Source: an uncultured Sutterella sp.
GTDB taxonomy: Bacteria > Pseudomonadota > Gammaproteobacteria > Burkholderiales > Burkholderiaceae_F
DNA: 64,000 nt
Assembly (NCBI GenBank): GCA_900764215.1
Contig: CAAFNI010000008.1
Coordinates: 1,618-65,617, forward strand
Reading direction: 5' to 3'
Each line of letters opens with the position of its first letter. The first letter of the stretch is position 1. Shown here piece by piece: positions 1 through 8,493 of the stretch. Both the position numbers and the translations under genes were made by a program. The notes below the pieces were generated by a model. It did not search any database. It was not told where the DNA came from and saw nothing but the letters and a program-made list of their open reading frames with translations.

Positions 1-477
1 GGCACGCGCAATGGCAACGCGCTGCTGCTGGCCTCCCGAAAGTTCGGACGGCGTATGATGCTCCCACTCGAGCAAACCTACGCGTTGGAGCGCTGCCCGG
101 GCCAGTGTCCGGCGCTCGGAAGCTCCCATGCCGCGATAGAGAAGCGGAAGCTCCACATTCTCGAGGGCAGTGGTCCGAGCCAGAAGATTAAATCCTTGAA
201 AAACGAACCCGAGATACTTGCGGCGCAGAAGCGCACGCTGGTCTCGCGTCAGACTCTCGACGTGCATTCCGCTGAAGAGGTACGCCCCCGCCGTCGGGCT
301 GTCAAGAGCACCGATGATGTTCATGGCAGTCGACTTTCCTGAACCCGATGCGCCCATGATGGCCACGAATTCACCCTCATCTATCGAAAAGCTCACGCCG
401 CGCAAGGCTTCAAAAGCAGCATCACCCGTGCCATAGCGCTTGCGAATGTCAATCAACTCAACAAGAGGCTGTTCCAT
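1..477 (-). CDS. macB: MacB-like ABC efflux transporter ATP-binding/permease protein, N-terminal 159 aa only (continues beyond window start)
   Basis: Reverse translation of 1..477 gives [50 protein letters not shown]...[14 protein letters not shown] (Walker A plus ABC signature). Lies immediately downstream of the HlyD/MacA gene on the same strand. Confidence 0.8.
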   Translation of the reverse strand, partial: MEQPLVELIDIRKRYGTGDAAFEALRGVSFSIDEGEFVAIMGASGSGKSTAMNIIGALDSPTAGAYLFSGMHVESLTRDQRALLRRKYLGFVFQGFNLLARTTALENVELPLLYRGMGASERRTLARAALQRVGLLEWEHHTPSELSGGQQQRVAIARA

Positions 478-496
478 TGCGTCTCCTCAGGCCGCC

Positions 497-1771
497 TCAA
501 GCGCCCTTCTGTTGATCGACGACGACCTTGTCGCCCTCGGCAATATCGCCCGAGACAATTTCTGTCTGCATGCCGTCGGTTAATCCCGTGACGACGTCTA
601 CACGCACCGGCTTGCCGTCGCGCAGAACGTACACGGTTCTGCTTGCCTGTCCGTGCTGGACCAGCTCCTTCACCTTCTTGGATGCGTTGCCATGAGGCGA
701 AGGCCCTGGCATCATGGCTCCCATCTTCGACTTGCCGCTTTCCGACGCTGTCTTGGGGCGGAAGCGGAAGGCAGAATTGGGCACCAGAAGCACATCCTGC
801 TTGTCAGCCGTCGAAATCGTAGCCGAGGCCGTCATGCCCGGACGAAGCTGCATCTGCTGATTATCGACATTGAGATATGCCGTGTAGGTCACCACGTTCT
901 CCGTCGTCGTCGCACCATAGGAAACCTTTGTCAGTTCGGCAGGGAATCGCCGGTTCGGATAGGCACTGACCGTGAAGTACGCCTTCTGTCCCTGCTTGAC
1001 CACGCCGATGTCCGCCTCGTCAACGGCCACCTCGAGTTCAAGCTGGCTCAGATCAGTGGCAAGCGTCAGCAGCTCAACAGCCTGCAGACTCGCCGCGACC
1101 GCATAGCCTGGCTCAACCGAACGGGCAAGCACCACGCCATCGATGGGCGACTTGATGTCGGCCTTGGACAGGTCATTCTCTGCTGTTTGCAGCGACGCCT
1201 TCGCGTCGGCAATATTCGCATCCGCCACGGCGACCGCCGCCCGTGCCGTGTCGACTGAAGCAGCCTGCGTTTCAAGCTCGGTCTTGCTCGGCATGCTGCC
1301 CTTGGAAAGACGATTTAGCTCCTGCATGCGCTTGAACTTAAGCTCGGCCTCGCGAAGACTGGCCGCACTCTGCCGACGGTTGGCTTCGGCACTTTGGAGC
1401 GACGCACGGTTCTGAAGCACTTTCGCCTCAAGATTGCGCTTGTCCAACACGATGAGGCTCTGGCCTTTCCTGATTTCGTCATTGACGTCTACGCCCACCT
1501 CTCGCACAATGCCCGAGAGTTCGGAACCGATCGAGACGGTGCGCACCGGTGCGAGAGTGCCGTCTGCAGATACGCTCACATGCACGTCCCCGCGTTCAAC
1601 GTCCTCCGTCACATACTTGACGACATTGGAATTCTGCGTACCGGCGTACCAATACCAGGCCCCTGCCACCAATGCCGCCAAAACGCCGCCAGCCACCCAA
1701 AGAACATGCCGCGAGCGGCTTTCGTCCTTAAGCAGAAGCTTCGTGCGATCCTTGTTGTCTTGTTCGGTCAT
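497..1771 (-). CDS. macA: HlyD-family periplasmic adaptor (MacA-like membrane fusion protein)
   Basis: 424-aa ORF with an N-terminal TM segment, coiled-coil and beta-barrel MFP organisation. Its ATGA start overlaps the OMF stop at 1768..1771. Confidence 0.8.
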   Translation of the reverse strand: MTEQDNKDRTKLLLKDESRSRHVLWVAGGVLAALVAGAWYWYAGTQNSNVVKYVTEDVERGDVHVSVSADGTLAPVRTVSIGSELSGIVREVGVDVNDEIRKGQSLIVLDKRNLEAKVLQNRASLQSAEANRRQSAASLREAELKFKRMQELNRLSKGSMPSKTELETQAASVDTARAAVAVADANIADAKASLQTAENDLSKADIKSPIDGVVLARSVEPGYAVAASLQAVELLTLATDLSQLELEVAVDEADIGVVKQGQKAYFTVSAYPNRRFPAELTKVSYGATTTENVVTYTAYLNVDNQQMQLRPGMTASATISTADKQDVLLVPNSAFRFRPKTASESGKSKMGAMMPGPSPHGNASKKVKELVQHGQASRTVYVLRDGKPVRVDVVTGLTDGMQTEIVSGDIAEGDKVVVDQQKGA

Positions 1772-3165
1772 TTTGCACTCTCCTGTGCCTTCCAGGCGCC
1801 GCCCAGGGCGCGGTAGAGCTTAACGTGCTGAAGGGAAAGCTCCGTCATGTTGTTCGTCACGCTCTCCTTGAGGGTTAGGAGGCGCTGCTGCGCCTCCAAC
1901 AGCATCGAATAGTCGCCTAGACCTGATCGATACTCGAGTCCCGTCAATTCGTACGTTTTCTCCGTGTGTTGCAGAGCAGTCTGCAGAAGTGCCGTCCGGT
2001 CCTGTGCGGCCCGGATGCCATTGAGTGCATTGTCCGTCTCCTCAAGAGCCTTAACGATCACGGAGAGATAGCTGGCCTTTGCCTTGTCGAGTGCGGCGGC
2101 GGCCCTTTCTTCCTGCGCGGCCAGACTGCCCCAGTTGAGCACCGGCATTGATAGTGCGCCGATGAGGGAGGCAATGCCCGTCCCGCTCGCCCCAAGCGCG
2201 CCGAGCGTTGCCGCCTGCGTTCCGACGGACCCCGTAAGGGAAAGCGTTGGAAAGTAGCTCTCACGGGCGGCCTTGAGGTCAGCTCCCGACGCAAGAAGCG
2301 CAGCCTGAGCACTTCGGACGTCGGGACGCCTCATGAGCATCTCCGCCGGGATCGAAATCGCCAGCCGCACCGGCGCCTGCGGCACGGGCCCTACGCCCAG
2401 ATCGAGCTGGTCAGCGGGAATAGTCGTCAATCTGGCCAGCGCGTTTCTGTAGGTTGCTTCCGCCGCCTTCAGCTTCGGAAGGTTGGCTTTGGCGGCAGCG
2501 ACCTGAGAGAGCGCATCTTCGGCCTCTGACGTACTGCTCAGACCGGCTCCAGCACGCCATCCGGCGATCTCCGCACTTTCCTCATAGTTCTTGACGGTGT
2601 CCTCGCTCACTCGCAGAAGCGCCTGAGTGGAACGCAAATTGATGTAGGCTTGGGCCGTCTCGGCCTCAACGAGCGCCTGTGCGTCGGCCACGGAGATTTC
2701 GGTTGCAAGCGCCTCATAGCGGCGCGCGGTCTCGTTGGAAAGATCTGCACCGGCAAGGTTCCAAGACCATTTCACATCGGCCGCCGCAGAAAAACCGTTG
2801 CTAGATCCCGCATCCGCATGGCGATGCGATGCGTCGCCGCCGATCGCGGCCTCAGGGAAAAGCGCATATTGCGCTTCCGACAGTCCGGCTCTGGCCGAAC
2901 GCAAAGAAGCGAGCGCCGTGAGCACGTCAGCATTCGCACTGCGGGCCTTGGCAACGAGCGAGGAAAGCTTAGGGTCGTTCCAAGACTGCCAGAAATCGGC
3001 CGGATCGACCGGCGCCAGAGCCTCTATCGATGCACTCCAAGCCTTGGGAGACGCCTCCCCGACCATGGTCCTCATGTCCGGCATCTGCACGGCGCAACCC
3101 GAAAGGAACAGTGCACAGATCAGCATGCCTAGAGCCGACCTCTTCATCATCGTCGGATTCGTCAT
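1768..3165 (-). CDS. Efflux transporter outer-membrane factor lipoprotein, NodT/TolC family
   Basis: 465 aa; lipoprotein signal ...LFLSGCAV; TolC-like repeated coiled-coil/beta architecture. First gene of the OMF-MFP-ABC operon. Confidence 0.8.
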   Translation of the reverse strand: MTNPTMMKRSALGMLICALFLSGCAVQMPDMRTMVGEASPKAWSASIEALAPVDPADFWQSWNDPKLSSLVAKARSANADVLTALASLRSARAGLSEAQYALFPEAAIGGDASHRHADAGSSNGFSAAADVKWSWNLAGADLSNETARRYEALATEISVADAQALVEAETAQAYINLRSTQALLRVSEDTVKNYEESAEIAGWRAGAGLSSTSEAEDALSQVAAAKANLPKLKAAEATYRNALARLTTIPADQLDLGVGPVPQAPVRLAISIPAEMLMRRPDVRSAQAALLASGADLKAARESYFPTLSLTGSVGTQAATLGALGASGTGIASLIGALSMPVLNWGSLAAQEERAAAALDKAKASYLSVIVKALEETDNALNGIRAAQDRTALLQTALQHTEKTYELTGLEYRSGLGDYSMLLEAQQRLLTLKESVTNNMTELSLQHVKLYRALGGAWKAQESAK

Positions 3166-3384
3166 TGTATTTTTTGCTGCATCCGGTCTTTATTGAGAAT
3201 GAACGAGAATCTTGACCGTTCTAGATCCTCACTTTCATTCTCCTACAGTCCTGAACAGCATTCCATAGGCTGCGGGTAAAGGTTTCTGAAGAGCACGTAA
3301 CAAACTTTTGCACGCCGTTTTTTGTTAACATGGGTCATTCCATTGTTCTAAGTCACGCTTCAAGCCGCCATTTTCGGGTCTGTT

Positions 3385-4077
3385 ATGTTCAAGCATCCTC
3401 GCCCCATCCTCATCGTCGACGATGATATCGAGCTCGTCACCCTTCTCGTCGACTATCTGCAATTGGAAGGCTTCGCCCCTGTTGCAGCTCACAACGGCAC
3501 TGAGGCTCTGGAACTCATATCCAAGCAGGAATTCGAAATCGTCGTGCTCGACGTAATGATGCCCGGCATGAGCGGCGTGGAGGTTCTCAAGCGCATTCGC
3601 GAAAAGAGCCAGCTTCCCGTTTTGATGCTCACCGCCAAAGGCGATCCGGTCGACCGCATCATCGGACTGGAACTCGGAGCTGACGACTATGTTCCCAAGC
3701 CCTGCCCGCCGCGCGAACTTGCAGCGCGTCTCAACGCGATACTGCGCCGAACAGCCAACATGCCCTCGGCCATTGCCCCCGTCGAAGCCGGACCTCTGAC
3801 AATCGACCCCGGCCGACGAGAGGCCACCGTCAACGGCAACGTCATCGATCTGACGGGTACTGAGCTTACTCTCCTGGAAGTACTTGCACGCAAAGCTGGC
3901 AGCCCTGTCCCCAAGGACGAGATCTATCAGAAGGTGCTCGGGCGCGTCATGCAGCGCTACGACCGCGCCATCGACGTTCACGTCTCCTCGATCCGCCACA
4001 AGCTCGCCGCCGTGCTCGGAAAGAGCGTTGCGATAGAGAGCATCCGAGGCGTGGGCTATCAACTAGTCGTCCGCTGA
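3385..4077 (+). CDS. OmpR-family response regulator, CpxR-like
   Basis: 230 aa. Receiver motifs LIVDDD, LDVMMP, LTAKG, GLELGADDY. Winged-helix C-terminus LTGTELTLL...DRAIDVHVSSIRHKL closely parallels E. coli CpxR. Confidence 0.85.
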   Translation: MFKHPRPILIVDDDIELVTLLVDYLQLEGFAPVAAHNGTEALELISKQEFEIVVLDVMMPGMSGVEVLKRIREKSQLPVLMLTAKGDPVDRIIGLELGADDYVPKPCPPRELAARLNAILRRTANMPSAIAPVEAGPLTIDPGRREATVNGNVIDLTGTELTLLEVLARKAGSPVPKDEIYQKVLGRVMQRYDRAIDVHVSSIRHKLAAVLGKSVAIESIRGVGYQLVVR

Positions 4078-4110
4078 CCGCCCGCTCGCTGATGCGCCGA
4101 AAAGAAGGAG

Positions 4111-5507
4111 TTGTTCATGTTCAACCGTTGGTTCAACACGCTTTTCGGCAAGCTCTTCGCCGGCTTTTGCGTCGTCATCCTGCTGACGGCCGCCGGCGTT
4201 TGGATGGCCGCCTATTCGGCTCAAAGCCAACAGAATGAAGATATCGGCCGCATTGAGTGGCGATTCATCGCGCCAAATCCGTCGACAGCGCCGTTGGCAT
4301 CTATGAGGTGGCTGGCAAGGAAGGCCTCATCACATGGCTTCTCAACGAACGCCTCAACACCAATCCCATTGTCTTTGTTCTCGACAGCAACGGCAACGAA
4401 ATCTCCGGCCGCAAGATCCCTGAAAAAGCGTATGCAAGTCTCGAAGCAATCCGCAGGCTCTCTGACCGGTCGGACGGCCCGCCTGAAAAACGCCTGCCGG
4501 TAAGAACCATTGAGATCGACAACGAGCCCTGTGAATTCTTCGCCGTCCGCACCGTCGCCTTCCCCGTGCGACTGATCCCGCCTGAACTCCACCATTTTCC
4601 GATTGCGCTGACGCTCTCGCTCGCCGCCTTTTTCACCCTGCTAGCCTCCTGGCTTCTTGCACGCCTGTACACACGCAGCCTTCACACGCTCGACAGCGCC
4701 ATTCGGCGCTTTGCCGACGGCGCCTTCGACACGCGCACCTCAGCCGAACTCTCCAACGGAGACGCCGAGGTTGCGAATCTTGCCCGCGTCTTTGACGGCA
4801 TGGCAGACAAGATTGAATCTCTGATCACGAGACAGAGAAGACTCTTTCACGACGTAAGCCACGAGATCCGCAGCCCGCTCGCCCGCATCGAGGTGGCGCT
4901 TGAGCTTGCTCGTCGCGCCCCTGAGCGCACACAGAATTCGCTTGGACGCATCGAAAAGGAGGTCGGCAACATCAACGCACTCGTCGAATCTCTCCTGACC
5001 TACGCGCGGCTTGAAAACGGCGCCAACATGACGAAGTCCCCCATCGGGCTTGCGGACATCATTGAAGGCGTTGCGGACGACCTCGGGTTTGAAGCCCAAC
5101 AAAAGAATGTCGCAGTAAAAACGATTCTCGAAGGCGATCCCGTCATCAATGCGGACGGCAACCTGCTCGCCAGAGCGCTCGACAACATTGCACGAAATTC
5201 GCTGCGCCACGCACCGGCGCAATCCCAAATCGTTCTATCCCTCTCTTCTGACGCCGAAAGCTTCATCATTCGTTGCCGAGACACAGGGCCGGGCATGCCC
5301 GAGGAGGAGCTCGTCAACATGTTCTCGCCCTTCGTGCGCGGCGCCAACGTCCCAACAGGAACGGGCTTCGGCCTGGGACTCGCCATTGCCAAGCGCAGCG
5401 TGACCGCGCACGGCGGAAGCATACTGGCACGCAACATCAAGCCTCACGGTCTTGAAACCGAGATCCGACTGCCTAAAGCCATGCAGATCAGATGCGACGA
5501 GTCCTGA
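4111..5507 (+). pseudogene. CpxA-like sensor histidine kinase, split by an apparent -1 frameshift near 4257-4275 (frame 1 ORF 4111..4503 carries TM1; frame 3 ORF 4257..5507 carries periplasmic/HAMP/HisKA/HATPase). Could be a sequencing error rather than a true pseudogene.
   Basis: Frame 1 has a start, TM1 (LFAGFCVVILLTAAGVWMAAY) and then non-coding-looking composition. Frame 3 begins after a TGA at 4254-4256 and encodes TM2, the H-box FHDVSHEIRSPLARI, and N/G1/G2 boxes (GTGFGLGLAI). Confidence 0.6.
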
Positions 5508-5526
5508 TTTGCGAAGCGCTGAAAAA

Positions 5527-5568
5527 AGCCTTGCGGCGAATCATCGCGGCAAGGCTTTCCTGTTTTAT
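5527..5568 (+). terminator. Rho-independent terminator after the kinase gene
   Basis: AGCCTTGCGGCG...CGCGGCAAGGCT hairpin followed by TTCCTGTTTT. Confidence 0.55.
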
Positions 5569-5744
5569 GCAACAGTTAATTTTGCTCGATTTTACGCAAA
5601 AAAGCCAGCGTCTTCTTCCATCTTGTCGATATAAGTCAACTTCTTTCGTCATAACATCCTATCCATCCTACTTCAGGCGCACAATGGAAAAACTGACGGC
5701 TTGACCAGCCTTTCAAAAAAATATTCTGGAAGAGGAGAACAGCA

Positions 5745-7796
5745 ATGAGCAACTATCTGACCGAGAATCTTCGTACCGTAGCATTGGTGGGGCACGGCTC
5801 CTGCGGCAAGACTTCCCTCATTGAAGCCATGCTCTACCGCACCGGCATGATTTCAGAACTCGGCTCCATCGAGCGCGGCAACACGATGTGCGACAACGAC
5901 GCACTCGAAAAACAGGTTCAGCACTCCATCCGTCTGGCTGTCGCCCATGTCGACACGGCTCTCCCCGACCTCACCCCCGTGCGCATCCATGTGCTCGACA
6001 CCCCGGGGTACCCCGATTACATTGGTCAGGACATGTCCGCACTTGACGCCGTCAAGTCCGTCTGCGCCGTGGTCGATGCCACCAAGGGCGTAGAGCTTCT
6101 GACGCGACGCATGATGGACATTGCGCAGGAACGCGGGCTGTGCCGCATGATCGCGATCAACAAGTTCGACGCCCCCGACGTCGACCTTGAACAGTTGCTT
6201 AAGGATCTGCAGGAAGTCTGGGGCCCTGGCGTTCTTCCGATCAACCTCCCCGCCAACAACCGCACCATCGTCATCGATTGTTTCGACAGGGACGAAGGAG
6301 AAGCCGACATCCTCAGCGTCGGCGAAGTTCACCGCGCTTTCATTGAAAAGATCATCGAGCAAGACGACGAAATGCTCGAGCATTATCTCGAGGAGGGCAG
6401 CGTTGACCCGCGCACTCTGCATCCCCTCATCACAAAGGCCCTGCGAGAAGGCACAATCATTCCCGTGTGCTTCGTTTCCGCCAAGAATCTGATCGGCATC
6501 CGAGATTTCATGAAGGTCATCATCCGCCACCTTCCCAGTCCGGCCGAAGCCAACGACGCACTATTCATTCATGCCGACGGCACGCCGTTCGTCACGCGTC
6601 CGGAGAAAGATCTCCCGGTCGTCGCCCAGGTCTTCAAGGTCGTCAATGACCCCTACATTGGAAAGATCGGCATCTTCCGCGTGCATCAGGGCACGATTCA
6701 GAAGGACACCACGCTCTACGTCGACGACAACAAGAAAGGCGTCAAGGCTGCTCACCCTCTGCTCCTTCAAGGCAAGAACACCAGCGAAACCGACTTTCTC
6801 AGTCCGGGCGACATCGGTGCTCTCGCCAAGATTGACGAACTTACTTATGGTTCGATTCTGCATTCGGATCCGAACCTCAGCGGCATACGCATGCGTCCGA
6901 TCAACTTCCCGAAACCGATGTTCGGTCTCGCGATTGCACCGTCCCGCCGCGGCGATGAAGCCCGCATGGGCGAAGTCCTCAACAAGATGCTCGCCGAAGA
7001 CCCGACGATGGCTGTCGACCATGACGCTGTGCTCAACGAAACTGTGATTCGCGGCCTGACCGAAATGCACGTCCGTTCAATCCTCGACCGCATGAAGGTC
7101 AACTTCAAGCTTGAGGTCGTCACAGGCACGCCGAGCGTTCCGTATCGCGAAACCATCACTGCTCCGGCCGAGGGCCACGCGCGCCACAAGAAGCAGACGG
7201 GCGGTGCCGGTCAGTTCGGCGAAGTCTACCTGCGCATCGAGCCACTCGAACGCGGCGCCGGCTTTGAGTTCCACGACGAGGTCAAGGGCGGCGTGATCCC
7301 GTTCAACCTGATTCCCGCCGTTGAAAAAGGGGTCCGTGAGGTACTCGATTCCGGCTACTTGGCAGGCTATCCGATTCAGGACGTCAAGGTCACCGTCTAC
7401 GACGGCAAGAGCCATCCAGTCGACTCGAAGGAAGTCGCCTTCGTCGCCGCCGGCCGCAAGGCCTTCCTTGATGCGCTTGCCAACGCTCAACCCAAGATTC
7501 TCGAACCGATCGTACGCATCGAAATTACGGCGCCCGACATGTACATGGGCGACCTCGCCGGCGATCTCGCCAGCCGCCGCGGCCAAGTTTCAGGCACAGA
7601 CTCGTTGCCGGGTGGCCTGATGGAAATCACCGGCGTCGTGCCGCTGTCGGAACTCGACGGTTATGCGACCCGCCTGCACGCACTCACTCAGGGCACCGGC
7701 AGCTGGTCTATGGAACTTGACAGCTACCAGCCCGTCCCGGCTCAAAAGCAGGCTGAACTTGCCGGCAAGTTCCACCGCGAAGACGACGACGAATAA
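5745..7796 (+). CDS. Elongation factor G paralog (EF-G2-like translational GTPase) with an atypical switch II (DTPGY instead of DTPGH)
   Basis: 683 aa. G1 GHGSCGKTS, G3 VLDTPGYPDY, G4 NKFD. EF-G domain IV/V motifs VPYRETIT and KKQTGGAGQFG. Strong SD GGAAGAGGAG upstream. Confidence 0.85.
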   Translation: MSNYLTENLRTVALVGHGSCGKTSLIEAMLYRTGMISELGSIERGNTMCDNDALEKQVQHSIRLAVAHVDTALPDLTPVRIHVLDTPGYPDYIGQDMSALDAVKSVCAVVDATKGVELLTRRMMDIAQERGLCRMIAINKFDAPDVDLEQLLKDLQEVWGPGVLPINLPANNRTIVIDCFDRDEGEADILSVGEVHRAFIEKIIEQDDEMLEHYLEEGSVDPRTLHPLITKALREGTIIPVCFVSAKNLIGIRDFMKVIIRHLPSPAEANDALFIHADGTPFVTRPEKDLPVVAQVFKVVNDPYIGKIGIFRVHQGTIQKDTTLYVDDNKKGVKAAHPLLLQGKNTSETDFLSPGDIGALAKIDELTYGSILHSDPNLSGIRMRPINFPKPMFGLAIAPSRRGDEARMGEVLNKMLAEDPTMAVDHDAVLNETVIRGLTEMHVRSILDRMKVNFKLEVVTGTPSVPYRETITAPAEGHARHKKQTGGAGQFGEVYLRIEPLERGAGFEFHDEVKGGVIPFNLIPAVEKGVREVLDSGYLAGYPIQDVKVTVYDGKSHPVDSKEVAFVAAGRKAFLDALANAQPKILEPIVRIEITAPDMYMGDLAGDLASRRGQVSGTDSLPGGLMEITGVVPLSELDGYATRLHALTQGTGSWSMELDSYQPVPAQKQAELAGKFHREDDDE

Positions 7797-7820
7797 GCAC
7801 CGTTGAACTCAACCCCGGCA

Positions 7821-7855
7821 AGGCCGCCGCGTTCTAACGCGGCGGCCTTTTTTCC
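7821..7855 (+). terminator. Rho-independent terminator after the EF-G paralog
   Basis: AGGCCGCCGCG-TTCTAA-CGCGGCGGCCT followed by TTTTTCC. Confidence 0.65.
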
Positions 7856-7930
7856 TGTATTTCAAGCTCCGCAGACCATTCCTTCCTTATAATCTGTCTC
7901 CTCCACGTTCACTTTCCTAACTTTCATACC

Positions 7931-8161
7931 ATGCCTATCTACGCTTATCGATGCACAAACTGCGGCTTTGAAAAGGATTTTCTTCAGAAGATGAGCGACA
8001 AGCCTCTGACGAAGTGTCCTCAGTGCGGCAAGGATGCATTGGTGAAGGAACTCTCAGCCCCTGGCTTTGAACTGAAGGGCACGGGATGGGCCGCTACGGA
8101 CTTCAACGGCGGCCACAAAGCCCTCCCGGCGTCCCACCGCAAGCCCGACATCTCGAAGTAA
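7931..8161 (+). CDS. FmdB-family zinc-ribbon putative regulatory protein
   Basis: 76 aa MPIYAYRCTNCGFE...KCPQCGK: two CxxC pairs typical of the FmdB family. Commonly found upstream of aspS in betaproteobacteria. Confidence 0.7.
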   Translation: MPIYAYRCTNCGFEKDFLQKMSDKPLTKCPQCGKDALVKELSAPGFELKGTGWAATDFNGGHKALPASHRKPDISK

Positions 8162-8493
8162 ACAGCGCGCTGAACCCGTCCGCTCGCACGACACAAGGCC
8201 GGATGTCCAGGACTGTCAGTCCCAGACAACGGCCTTTGCGCGTTTTCGCATGAGCAGATCTAGATAAAATACCCCAAACTGCCGAGTTTTCCCGTTTTTC
8301 AACTTTCGTTGGCAGTAAACTTAATCATCGTGCGTCTCTGTCCTTTGATAGGCGGCACCGACTGATTCCGCAACGGCGCGACTGCCGCACCGTTGCTTGC
8401 ACCATTGCGGCTCTGCAAAGCCATAGCATTGTCGTTGTAATCGTGTGGCCAACAGCTATCGTATCGCGCGTTGGTCTTTTTCTCGGAGCTTAT

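Noticed and set aside
55-436. Plus-strand ORFs 55..342 and 218..436 at the window start
   Set aside because: They overlap the minus-strand MacB ATPase N-terminus, which has unmistakable Walker A and signature motifs. The plus frames have Pro/Arg/Ser-rich nonsense composition.
4111-4503. Possibility that 4111..4503 is an independent small membrane protein and the kinase starts at GTG 4257
   Set aside because: The frame 3 product would lack TM1 and a start with an SD, and would begin 1 codon after a stop. The frame 1 product has kinase-like TM1 followed by non-coding-like sequence. A frameshift is the simpler explanation.
8380-8410. Sigma-54 (-24/-12) promoter candidates, e.g. GGCACCGACTGATTCCGCA upstream of aspS and TGGGCACGCACATTTCCC in the pat leader
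   Set aside because: The GG-N10-GC spacing does not fit in either case. I did not call any sigma-54 promoter.
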